Assembly: GCA_024278935.1 (NCBI GenBank)
Contig: JAJRSF010000003.1
Location: 3,730 to 67,729, forward strand
Length of the DNA stretch: 64,000 nucleotides
Origin: Candidatus Zixiibacteriota bacterium
Lineage (GTDB): Bacteria; Zixibacteria; MSB-5A5; GN15; FEB-12
Direction: 5' to 3'
Shown: piece after piece, positions 47,601 through 55,226 of the stretch
Numbering within the stretch: the first letter of the stretch is position 1
Layout of the letters: each line of letters opens with the position of its first letter
Program-made: the position numbers and the translations under genes
Notes under the pieces: generated by a model
What the model was told of the DNA's origin: nothing
Database searches by the model: none
The model's input: the letters and a program-made list of their open reading frames with translations, nothing else

Positions 47601-50600
47601 TAAATCCCCGATGTGTCAGCAAAGAAACAAAGTTCGCCATTATCGTAAGAACCAAGCGACGATGTCACCACCGCCGAAACAGGCGTCACATTTATCATTT
47701 GGCATACCGTATCAGCAGCACAAATATTGACAACGATAGTATCAGTAGGGCAACTGATAGATGCAGTCTCGCCAAGGGTAACCGTTACATTGATTGTATC
47801 TTCAGAAGATGCTCCGCATGAATCTGTAACAGAGAGTATAAACTGATAGCTTCCTGCTGATGGAGGGACAAAACAAATTTGATTAACAGATGTGTCAATC
47901 GTTCCATACCCCGAGAGCATCACTTCGGTTAAGCCGTTCAACCCTTGATTATCTGTAACCGTGTAATCAAAACAAATTTGTTCAGCCAAACAAAGATCAT
48001 AAGTAGTATCAGCACCAAGGGTAATAACCGGTGCGTCATTTATTGTAACATTAATTGTTTTTGTAGTCGTATCAGCAAGTCCGCACGAATCAGTCACGAT
48101 AGCATAGACAGAAAAACTGCCACTAGATGTTGGCGTAAAGCACCACAGCCCATCAGAACTTATCGCTCCGTCAGATTCTGTCTGCATTGTCCATACTAAA
48201 GTACCGCCGTCGGCATCGCTTGCACCAAACTGATGACAGATCTCTTCAGAGATACAAATACACCTATCAATCGGGGTTGATGGGTCAACTGCAACAGGCG
48301 CAACATTGAGACTTATATCATAATAAAGTGAAACTGTATCAGCAATACCACATGGGTCTGCTACCATAACAACAGCTTCATAAATTCCAGAACCAACAGG
48401 AGTAAAACAGAAATTCCCCTCAGTCGTAATAGAACCAACTCCCGAAATAAGCGACCAAGTTAAAGAGTCCCCATCGGCATCAGTTGCCGAAAGCAAATTA
48501 CAAATTTGCACCGCATCGCAAAAGAACTGTTGAACAGAATCAGGTTGAACAGCGACAGGGGCAGAATTAAGATTAACCGTCACAACAACAGTATCGTAAT
48601 CTTCAGAACCACAAGAATCAACAGCGTGGATAATAAACTGATAGTCACCTGTGGTTGCAGGGGTAAAACAAATTTGATTCCCACTAAGCGTCCCGGTAGC
48701 TGAAACAAGCTCGGTAAGAGCTATATCATTATCAATATCAGAGAATGAAACGGAGAAACAAACTTCAGTCAGCGTACAAAGGTCTTGAGAAAAATCATTT
48801 CCGGCAGATGCTACCGGAGCATTCCCCATTGAAATAGTGACATAAGTAGTATCGACACCAACAGAACCACATGTGTCAAGCGCAGTAACAATTATTTCAT
48901 AAACACCAGCAGTATCAGGTGTAAAACAAAGTTCAGAACCGGCACTAGACTGGTCCACTCGTGCTGCGATCGCATCAATTTCCACAGATGAAACCTGACA
49001 ATCAATAGTAACCATATTATAGATTATACCATCAGGCAAATCTATATAAACGCCACCAGTACCAGAGCCAGCTGAGCCATTAACAAAATTTTTATTAACA
49101 GTAAAGACAGTACTATCATCCAAGAGGAAATTAAAATCAGCATTGCCACCACCATCCGTATTAGTAAAAACAATAAAATCAGAATTTGAATTATAACAAG
49201 AAATTACATATTGAGTAAAACCAATAGTACAGTAATCTCCACTATTGAATGTTACAGAACCATCACCAGGACCACCATCTGGTCCTCCTGAACCTGGTAG
49301 AGTATAGGTCAAATCAGTTGGTGCAGAAAGCATGTAAAAAGGTGAATTACCTACCGCAGGATCGGACGAAAATGTGCCATAATTTGAAATTGTATCAGCA
49401 AAGATAAAATCAGGCAACACTACATTTACACCTGACAGTGAATTTAATGGTGAAACAAAATCAGCACTTGAATTCAATATAGTCCCAGGAGCACCACCAC
49501 CAACTTGTATGACAGTTCCGCCTAGATTTACTATTGATGCAAGTTGATCATATCCTGCTAATGCACCAGTAAAAGTTCCTAAATTTGAAGAGACAGAAGT
49601 AATATCGCAGTCTATATCATTAACTATAACAGGTAGACAAACTTCGCCAGTTTGACATAAGAAATAAGAGGTGTCCGTTGGAAGTTCTACTGTGGGAGCT
49701 GAACTAATTGTGACATAATAGACCACTTCCATCGCATCATCATCGTCATCGTCATCATGGTCATGGTCATGGTCATCATCATTGACAGCAAAAGTTATTG
49801 TGTATTCCCCGGAAGTATCTGGATAAAATTCAAAGTAACAATATGCAGGAGATAAATCATTATTACAATTAATTGTGCCTGGACCAGATAAAATTGAAAT
49901 AGAAAGTGAATCATCATCGTCTGGATCGGTAACAATTATAGTATCAATTATACTTTCACCAGCACAAATAACATACATTCGAGCACAGTTATCTTCATCT
50001 TCATCATCTTCATCATCATCATCGTCGTCATCTTCTTCATCATCATCATCATCGTCATCTCCCTCATCTTCGTCATCACAATGCACAAAATTAGGAGGAT
50101 TTGCTGGTGGGCAAAAAAGAGTAGCAAACTGAATTCCGTTCGCATCATAGGCATAAGATCCCTCGTAAAAATCACCATACGGTGTTCCTGCGGAAATCAT
50201 CCCATTTTTATTATATGTCGCACCTGGGAGGTTTTTTGCTGTAAATCTACTCGTATTTGGATCACTTTCGGGATCATTAAATTGATATTGATCAGTAATA
50301 CCTGAATATGTATCAGTAAAACCAGGAACATCTGACAATGGAATCATATCAGCACCTAGATAAACCTGAGTCTCATCAAAAACATCATCATGCCCAGACG
50401 ACCAAATATTAAAATCAATAGCACAACCGGCAACTTCAATGCCGAGTGTATCTCTATAATCTCCGGTATCTTTTTTCTTGGCATAATCTATGGTTATATC
50501 CCACCATATCTCATACAGATTTGGAGCAATACTGTCAGGCCACTTCACCCAACCCCAACGGTCATTCTGTTTTAAGTCATTAGAGAGTTCAAACCCATTA

Positions 50601-50953
50601 CTCCATATATTTACATTTGGAGCAGGTGGTTGAGTAAGGTTTACTAGAATAGAGCCGTGGAATTGCTCTAAAGAATTTCCACGAGAATACAGAAAATTTG
50701 AAATAAACCATTTACCCTCTGCGGTATCATTAAAAATATAAAATCCGCCAGCATTATTATCAAGAGGTTCTGGTAAATCAGGAACGCCATGAAAATAGGA
50801 AGAATCAATGAGATTATAATTCGGAGGAGAACCAGGAGGTAAATTATCATAAGGGTTATAGAAAGTAGAAATTGGTCCACTAGTTTTTTGTGCATGCCCT
50901 GAATTTATCAATAGAAATGCAACTAGTACGAATAAAATAATTTTTTTTATCAT
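41696..50953 (-). CDS. Giant (3085 aa) secreted repeat protein / putative adhesin
   Basis: Uninterrupted 9.26 kb ORF. GAGG lies 7 nt before the ATG, followed by signal peptide MIKKIILFVLVAFLLINSGHA. It carries 23 countable units with the signature C(F/Y)xP..G.Y......D.CG. The acidic tract DDEDEGDDDDDDDEEDDDDDDDEDDEDED and the DDDHDHDHDDDDDDD tract are present. Cohesin-like ...IGGFDLLLGYDQSAL...; dockerin-like GDINLNEISYEIADAVLY and SDVNKDGLTLSVADLVYLIRVIVG. C-terminal NYPNPFNPTTKINFALP...GVYFYRLRAEEFSDTRKMVLLK. Confidence 0.85.
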   Translation of the reverse strand: MIKKIILFVLVAFLLINSGHAQKTSGPISTFYNPYDNLPPGSPPNYNLIDSSYFHGVPDLPEPLDNNAGGFYIFNDTAEGKWFISNFLYSRGNSLEQFHGSILVNLTQPPAPNVNIWSNGFELSNDLKQNDRWGWVKWPDSIAPNLYEIWWDITIDYAKKKDTGDYRDTLGIEVAGCAIDFNIWSSGHDDVFDETQVYLGADMIPLSDVPGFTDTYSGITDQYQFNDPESDPNTSRFTAKNLPGATYNKNGMISAGTPYGDFYEGSYAYDANGIQFATLFCPPANPPNFVHCDDEDEGDDDDDDDEEDDDDDDDEDDEDEDNCARMYVICAGESIIDTIIVTDPDDDDSLSISILSGPGTINCNNDLSPAYCYFEFYPDTSGEYTITFAVNDDDHDHDHDDDDDDDAMEVVYYVTISSAPTVELPTDTSYFLCQTGEVCLPVIVNDIDCDITSVSSNLGTFTGALAGYDQLASIVNLGGTVIQVGGGAPGTILNSSADFVSPLNSLSGVNVVLPDFIFADTISNYGTFSSDPAVGNSPFYMLSAPTDLTYTLPGSGGPDGGPGDGSVTFNSGDYCTIGFTQYVISCYNSNSDFIVFTNTDGGGNADFNFLLDDSTVFTVNKNFVNGSAGSGTGGVYIDLPDGIIYNMVTIDCQVSSVEIDAIAARVDQSSAGSELCFTPDTAGVYEIIVTALDTCGSVGVDTTYVTISMGNAPVASAGNDFSQDLCTLTEVCFSVSFSDIDNDIALTELVSATGTLSGNQICFTPATTGDYQFIIHAVDSCGSEDYDTVVVTVNLNSAPVAVQPDSVQQFFCDAVQICNLLSATDADGDSLTWSLISGVGSITTEGNFCFTPVGSGIYEAVVMVADPCGIADTVSLYYDISLNVAPVAVDPSTPIDRCICISEEICHQFGASDADGGTLVWTMQTESDGAISSDGLWCFTPTSSGSFSVYAIVTDSCGLADTTTKTINVTINDAPVITLGADTTYDLCLAEQICFDYTVTDNQGLNGLTEVMLSGYGTIDTSVNQICFVPPSAGSYQFILSVTDSCGASSEDTINVTVTLGETASISCPTDTIVVNICAADTVCQMINVTPVSAVVTSSLGSYDNGELCFFADTSGIYSATIIADEACGSDTCQVVFNVVIGTAAQISCPPSQNLFICESDSICIPIGVNGSGVTVMVSPIGTFQSGNICFVADTSGHYEISVIAVTACGADSCVVVVDVVINSAPVAVDPPAVIDTFLCVDQSLCYQFTANDVDGSSLTWSKLSGVGTVSSGGQFCFTSAGAGSYAMTAVVSDSCGAADTVSVSYNVTLNSSPLITLANDTTISLCVSQSVCVPYLVSDIDNNISGIDLLVGNGVVDTMNSQICCYPLTPGTYQFVARVTDECGFVSLDTVNITINLNLAPTVDAGVDQNFFQCTPTEICQTISASDVDGNLNLLEMTEGVGTFAAGQLCFTPDSSFCYEFVFRTTDDCGLEAFDTLIVCVEFNNAPTASAGTDQSVFQCTPAEICVVASCDDIDGNLATCNLITAVGTYNGSAICFTPDTSGVYTFILEATDDCGLTGQDTVLVDVTLNSAPICNVPADTIISQCTLTSVCLPLSGSDIDGNLDFCSIISGPGTLSGGNWCYTPTASQFVSVTIECVDSCGVSCQSTFTVEFKINQAPIIAFENISAFSLCEPALLCVGYTVSDPNDPQSKTVSLLSAFGTLDEPNNQVCFTPDTSGVYTFIINVTDDCGASSVDTVLVPVELNTAPIVSLESDQTIALCQSQEICLNASVTDIDNNLTATNFSGSGTYNGSTICFTPMASGDYQFILDGSDACGAFTVDTMTITIVLNNAPTVLFDTYNDTLLCTPTQLCVGYVVSDADGLVGMTEQMISGFGAIDTLNNQICFTPTTSGLYEFIIEATDSCGASALDTVSFQVDFGETAVITCPTDTIDINLCAADVVCQMIDIQPSTAVVTTSFGTYAGGELCFTADTAGLYAITLIADEACGSDTCQVYFNVSIGSGATISCPTTQSLFICQAEEICVPVGINGSGVSVTVSPIGTYQSGNICFPADTSGHYEISVVATAACGADSCVVIVDVVINENPVAVDPASPVDTVLCVSDQICYQFAASDVDGGSLVWSRLSGDGTVTSDGLWCFNASANNSYTVNAVVTDSCGASDTLSMTYNISVNSDPTIAFGNDTTVHLCSGQELCYTYTTNYLNNNISSELLLTTVGLIDTVANSVCFTPDTSGNYLFVVEAIDDCGATGYDSLYVTVSFNDAPVVNAGADATFFLCDNSEICWSVSATDPDANLDSVYVTTSVGTYANSTICFTPDTAGVYTFVLRAVDACGLSDEDTVAITIGLNSAPICELPNDTTLFQCTATEIRLPINSSDADNNFDHCELLAGPGSIVGSEWVYTPTSDQSVLVKIMCLDSCGAACIDSFTVSLELNDPPVVNGGDDFTQFLCAVEDICFPVLSSDPNNNLDIVELTSATGSYNSSTNEVCFTPTAVDGQSYQFVLRATDDCGAEGYDTVTVIVEYNEAPTLNMLTSFVVYQDEPGEICIDVNSSDVDGNLTDVTVTSPATYNQSTDQICFTADSSGEYCFAVTATDDCGKFIIKNICITVQIDECFLLQIEKTHATIQGQYEKVKIFYDGSAKEIGGFDLLLGYDQSALTVGTIKPGELFTDCGWEYFTYRYGPDGNCNNACPSGVIRVIGIAETNNGGYHPDCFLQSVAGAIVEIDFFVSNDRTLECQYAPIKFFWFDCGDNTLSSRLGDTLWTSREVYGFEGDVMTDNSYGFPGFYGSHDYCMVGGGTPGKLPIRCVDFTNGGIDIVCADSIDGVGDINLNEISYEIADAVLYSNYFIYGTSVCTVNLEGQIAASDVNKDGLTLSVADLVYLIRVIVGDANPFAKLVPQDVSEADFIIQNGQLVISETDQNIGAVSILIEGDAKPTLTGDAVNMSMRYNFDGEFTKVIVYSIDGKTNLTEGKFLNLNGNTKIKEINLGSNSGYVMFANIDILPDNFMLMQNYPNPFNPTTKINFALPVESDWELTIYNVLGQVVETFEDYSQVGYIEIEWDASKYASGVYFYRLRAEEFSDTRKMVLLK
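43145..49000 (-). repeat. Array of ~23 tandem ~87-95-aa Cys-rich Ig-like coding repeats inside the giant gene
   Basis: Counted by the recurring xxCFTPxxxGxYxFxxxxxDxCG anchors, from ELCFTPDTAGVYEII (near 48903-48934) to QICFTADSSGEYCFAV (near 43200). More degenerate units extend to about 49990. Confidence 0.8.
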
Positions 50954-51450
50954 TTGCGAACCTCAATATTTGATTTAAAAGAAGTAAAATCAAATATTTC
51001 TATAAAATCATCAAATTGATTCACTTTTATATCACAACCCAAAGTTTGAATATATCGAGTATATCTATGTCGCATGGTTCTTCCCTATACTATGGCATAA
51101 CGCCAATTTATCACCCAGCATTATTTCAATTTACGCTAACCCCTGAAAATGCAATGCATACAGAATGCGTAATATCTATTATTTATTAAGTATAAAATTT
51201 TTATGATTTTTTAAAGAAAGGCGTTATCAACAACCGATGTGATGCTCCTTTACCTAATATCGTTTATCCAAAAAAAAGAGGGCTTCTGCCGCAAACATGA
51301 TAGAAATTTTAAATTAATATATGTGCCCACTTCGTACACCATTAAAGTACTGCTTGAAAAGGTTTGCGTCAAGTGAAAAATGCTCGTTTTACCTGAAAAA
51401 CCGTTTAAAGCGGACTAACTTCATCCAAATTATGCTGTTATGGAAAAATT

Positions 51451-53793
51451 TTATTGTTTTATTTTTACTAAAACAGACTCAAATGGGTTCAAAATTATTT
51501 TTCTTGGCCTGCGTGACAAGCTCGGAATGTTAAAAGTATACTCTTTTGAATCAATCAATAATCTTAGATAGACCTTAGAAGTTTCATTAAATTGTATTTC
51601 AAGAGGCACATACATCTTAAAATCATCCGGCACTCCTTGAGTCTTGATTGTACAGAAAACATCAAGCAGTTTGGTCGAATCATTATGCACCATCTTATAT
51701 GTGAACTCATATTCCGGCAGATAGTTATGATAGATCCACTGGTCAAAGAACCAATCGAGTTTAATGCCGGAATGTTTTTCGGCAATGCGTTGAAAGTCAT
51801 GGGTATTGACATCTTTACCACGATACAATCCATAAAATTCTTTTAGCATAGCAAAAAACGAATCTTCGTTCATCGTTTTTAAATCAATCATCATATTCCG
51901 TAACATATGCAAGATAAAGGCAGATTTTTTGTAAATGACCAGATCAGGATTCTCAGATTCCTTTGAGTTAGAACTGCGATAGCCTAAGGCAATAGGTCCC
52001 GACTCTACCCCGCTTGCATACAAACTTTGTTGTGTGGAAAAAATATCATTGCGTGACTCTTTTAATTTCTGAAAAAACTTTTGATTGTCGCCTATCCGTT
52101 GATAATAAAGCAAAGCAGCGTATTCCGAGAACCCATCAGAAAGCCATTGGTCGTGATACGTTTCATAGCCGACTCCGACACCCCACCATTGGCGAGCAAC
52201 TTCACGAGCACGATCCAACCGATCATCCTCCCAGCTTTCTGAATTTACCCAACTATCAAAGCCAAGATGAATATACCCCGGGTAAGCCTTGCTCCCTGAC
52301 TTTATAATTTCACTCACTTTTAATTCAGGGAATTGATATGCCCCAAAATAATGATTAAACACTAACATAGCATTGGTTACATCTTCCGAAACTTGTTTTT
52401 CCAAACTCGACCCGACACCAATTAGAATATCTTTTGAAAGATACTGAGCTATATCAGAATGTAGTTCTTTAGAATAAAAAATTTCAACCGGAACAACATC
52501 ATCAGATTCAAATTTATACTTTTTCATATATCCATAATTAAAAGATACATTGGCTGCCTCGGGCTTTACTAACCATTTTGTAAAAAGAGTATCAGCGATA
52601 AGTTCCCGCTCAACTGATTCTCCACACGATGTAAATGTAAACCTACGATCTGTTTTAAAACTGAGATCAAAAATTGCTTTATCCCGAAAGCGATACGTTG
52701 GATACCAATTTGCTCCCGAAAAAAGATAGAGATCACCAAGCTTGCCATTTGAAATTTCACCATGATAATAAAAGGTCAGCTCAAATCTGTCTTTATAGAA
52801 AATTTCTTCGTTTAAAAAAACAACAACCTGTGGCGATTCCGATTCATTGAGAGCGTTAATTGATTTCTCCCTTTTAAAAAGCAGATGTTGATTTTTGTTA
52901 TCTAAAATAGAATCAACATGGAGTGTTGGCAACAGCCGAAACTGTAACAAATCTGTCGGACCGCTTAAGACATTGGCATACACAATCGCCTTGCTTCTCA
53001 TTTTCTTATTCTTATCAATTTCGGTATTAATCTCATAGGCTGAAATATCAATTAGCGATTTATCCCGCCCATTGATATTATAATAAGACTCATCAAGATT
53101 ATATTGCGAGTAAGAATTTACCTGTTCAAAAGAATGGAGCTCTGTTTGAAAATTGTAAATCCAAAATCTGATTTCTTCTCTCAAATACGGATTAAACATG
53201 TACATAAATTTTTCTTTTGACTGTGTATCTACACTCGTGAGAAGAAAAGGTTTACCTATCGGAGAAGTAAGATTACGAAGTAACTCAAAAGCAGATATAA
53301 AATCTTCGTCTGCTTGTATAGTTTCATAAAGTTCCGCAAACTTTTTCATCTCTTCATCTGAGAAAGAATTGGCAGAACGCACTAAATTCTTTTTCAAAGA
53401 TTCAAACAGCTCGGGAGAGAAAAAAAGCAGAACGTCAGTTATCTTTTTATCTATAGAATCAGAATGAACAAACCGACTCAACTGGTCTCGTTCCATCTGT
53501 ACTGCCGGCGAGAAAACAACTCTCCCCTCACCTTTGAAATATGCACCAAATGTTATAGTGTCTGCCTCGACAACAATCGGGTTACAAAATGCGATACGAC
53601 CGGAATCTATAACGAAGATAAAATCATTATGAAAAATCGTATCGTTAGCAATCTCATAAGTTTGTTCAATATTAACTACAGGAGCATCCAACTGTTCATA
53701 TAATTGAAACAGCTCATCCGGTTCATATGCAAAGAGAGAACTTGCACTCAAAAGAATTAAAAGAACAACTATAAAATATTTTCTATGTATCAT
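51451..53793 (-). CDS. M1 (aminopeptidase N-like) family homologue lacking the canonical zinc ligands
   Basis: 780 aa with a signal peptide. The region RAREVARQWWGVGVGYETYHDQWLSDGFSEYAALLY aligns with the M1 consensus xxHExxHQWFGxxV...WLNEGFAxY. Both His are replaced by Arg and the distal Glu by Asp. There is no other HExxH in the protein. Confidence 0.7.
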   Translation of the reverse strand: MIHRKYFIVVLLILLSASSLFAYEPDELFQLYEQLDAPVVNIEQTYEIANDTIFHNDFIFVIDSGRIAFCNPIVVEADTITFGAYFKGEGRVVFSPAVQMERDQLSRFVHSDSIDKKITDVLLFFSPELFESLKKNLVRSANSFSDEEMKKFAELYETIQADEDFISAFELLRNLTSPIGKPFLLTSVDTQSKEKFMYMFNPYLREEIRFWIYNFQTELHSFEQVNSYSQYNLDESYYNINGRDKSLIDISAYEINTEIDKNKKMRSKAIVYANVLSGPTDLLQFRLLPTLHVDSILDNKNQHLLFKREKSINALNESESPQVVVFLNEEIFYKDRFELTFYYHGEISNGKLGDLYLFSGANWYPTYRFRDKAIFDLSFKTDRRFTFTSCGESVERELIADTLFTKWLVKPEAANVSFNYGYMKKYKFESDDVVPVEIFYSKELHSDIAQYLSKDILIGVGSSLEKQVSEDVTNAMLVFNHYFGAYQFPELKVSEIIKSGSKAYPGYIHLGFDSWVNSESWEDDRLDRAREVARQWWGVGVGYETYHDQWLSDGFSEYAALLYYQRIGDNQKFFQKLKESRNDIFSTQQSLYASGVESGPIALGYRSSNSKESENPDLVIYKKSAFILHMLRNMMIDLKTMNEDSFFAMLKEFYGLYRGKDVNTHDFQRIAEKHSGIKLDWFFDQWIYHNYLPEYEFTYKMVHNDSTKLLDVFCTIKTQGVPDDFKMYVPLEIQFNETSKVYLRLLIDSKEYTFNIPSLSRRPRKIILNPFESVLVKIKQ

Positions 53794-53817
53794 CTGATTA
53801 TACTCTCAAGATTTAAT

Positions 53818-55047
53818 CTAATCATGAAGGTTCCGATACTCTCTGACAAAGTCCATACGACTTTGCAATGACGGATGTGAATAAAACCAAAATACTATAA
53901 ACGGATGCGGTTCAGGGTTAGCTAAATTATACGCCGACAGTTTATCAAACGCCGTGGCAGCCTCTTCACCACTGACATCGGTAACTTCCATTCCGTAAAT
54001 ATCGGACTGATGTTCATGGTACCGACTCAGCGAGTTCGTTATCGGATTAAACAAAAACATTATAACAGATAAATACACTAACAGTAAAGGCAATGATGCC
54101 CAGTCAGACAAACTATCAAACTTTAACCGATCTTTAAATTTATCAATGAACCTTTGTATTGTCAATCCCGTCAACCATAGTGATAGTGCGATGATAATAA
54201 TCGCCGCAAAGAGACCTATCCAAAGATGGTTCTGCACGTAGTGACCCATCTCATGCCCCATGACAAATTTGATTTCATTGGTTGAAAAATTATTAATCAG
54301 ATTATCGGTCAGCACAATTCTTTTGGCATTGAACATTCCGGTCACATAGGCATTTATTTTTGATGACTGCTTTGATGTGTTCACTTGGAAAATATCGGCA
54401 CCCTCGATACCTGCTTTATCAGCCAAGGCATGAATCTCCGCCCGAAGTTCTTGGTTCTCAATATCAATAAAATCATTATAAAGAGGCGAAATAAATATTG
54501 GTGCTATGACCATCATAAGAATAATAAACGGTACCGCCCCAAGAGTAAATTGAAGCCACCAATATTTAGTTTTACGTATCAGCTTATAAATAAAGAAAAT
54601 CGGAATTATCGTAAAAAGCATATTTAAGCCCAACGACAGTAAGTCTTCTGAGAACCATGCCATAAAAGTTTGGTTGACAAAACCAAATTCACCCTCAACT
54701 AAGAAAGATCGATAGATATGAAAAGGGAGAGCAAGGATATATTCTAAGACAAGAAACAAAATAACAAACAGCCAAAGAGCAAAGAACTTATTCGGAATCT
54801 TTTCGGAATAGGTACGAAGTTTGGCAGACAAGCCGGTAAATAAAATAAGAAGTAAAATACCAAGCGATATAAAGAAATCTACAAACCGCCAGACATTTCT
54901 AAACTGTGAATATGAAACTAGTTTCTCTTTTCGTTCAACTGACATCGGATAAATGGAATTCGCTTGTACAACGACCGAATTGACTTGAGCAGAACTGTCA
55001 ACTGTTGCAGCAATATCAATAGAATCACTTGCATACAAAGTAGTCAC
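53818..55047 (-). CDS. M48 family (Ste24/HtpX-like) integral-membrane zinc metalloprotease
   Basis: Multiple TM helices. HExxH motif in FVMGHEMGHYVQNH and distal Glu region YHEHQSDIYG. Start uncertain (GTG 55047, or a downstream ATG at MSVERKEK). Confidence 0.8.
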   Translation of the reverse strand: MTTLYASDSIDIAATVDSSAQVNSVVVQANSIYPMSVERKEKLVSYSQFRNVWRFVDFFISLGILLLILFTGLSAKLRTYSEKIPNKFFALWLFVILFLVLEYILALPFHIYRSFLVEGEFGFVNQTFMAWFSEDLLSLGLNMLFTIIPIFFIYKLIRKTKYWWLQFTLGAVPFIILMMVIAPIFISPLYNDFIDIENQELRAEIHALADKAGIEGADIFQVNTSKQSSKINAYVTGMFNAKRIVLTDNLINNFSTNEIKFVMGHEMGHYVQNHLWIGLFAAIIIIALSLWLTGLTIQRFIDKFKDRLKFDSLSDWASLPLLLVYLSVIMFLFNPITNSLSRYHEHQSDIYGMEVTDVSGEEAATAFDKLSAYNLANPEPHPFIVFWFYSHPSLQSRMDFVREYRNLHD

Positions 55048-55163
55048 ACAACAGAGAACAAATAAAACTATAAGAAAAAATTTAATATTACCTCATTTCA
55101 GTTTCAGACCTGTATAATATCGAAATCTTTATAGCCTATGTCAAGAATCGAGAATTTTTCTCA

Positions 55164-55198
55164 TAAAAAAAGGCAGGTCTCAAAAACGAGACCTGCCC
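55164..55198 (-). terminator. Rho-independent terminator after fbaB
   Basis: GGCAGGTCTC-loop-GAGACCTGCC, followed on the minus strand by TTTTTTT. Confidence 0.7.
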
Positions 55199-55226
55199 TA
55201 CTAAATTTCTATATAGTATAATATTT

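Noticed and set aside
49875-50178. Poly-Ser ORF (49875-50132, plus strand) and Met/Lys-rich ORF (49948-50178, minus strand)
   Set aside because: These are alternative-frame and antisense readings of the GAT/GAA triplet tracts inside the giant gene, so they are not independent genes. The same applies to the other short ORFs nested in 41696-50953.
55048-55095. Upstream extension of the M48 protease giving a signal-peptide-like KFFLIVLFVLCCVTTLYA, with GAGG followed by an ATT codon
   Set aside because: The frame contains no canonical start between the upstream TGA and GTG 55047, and T-rich intergenic DNA readily translates to hydrophobic residues. An ATT start is possible but cannot be supported from sequence alone.
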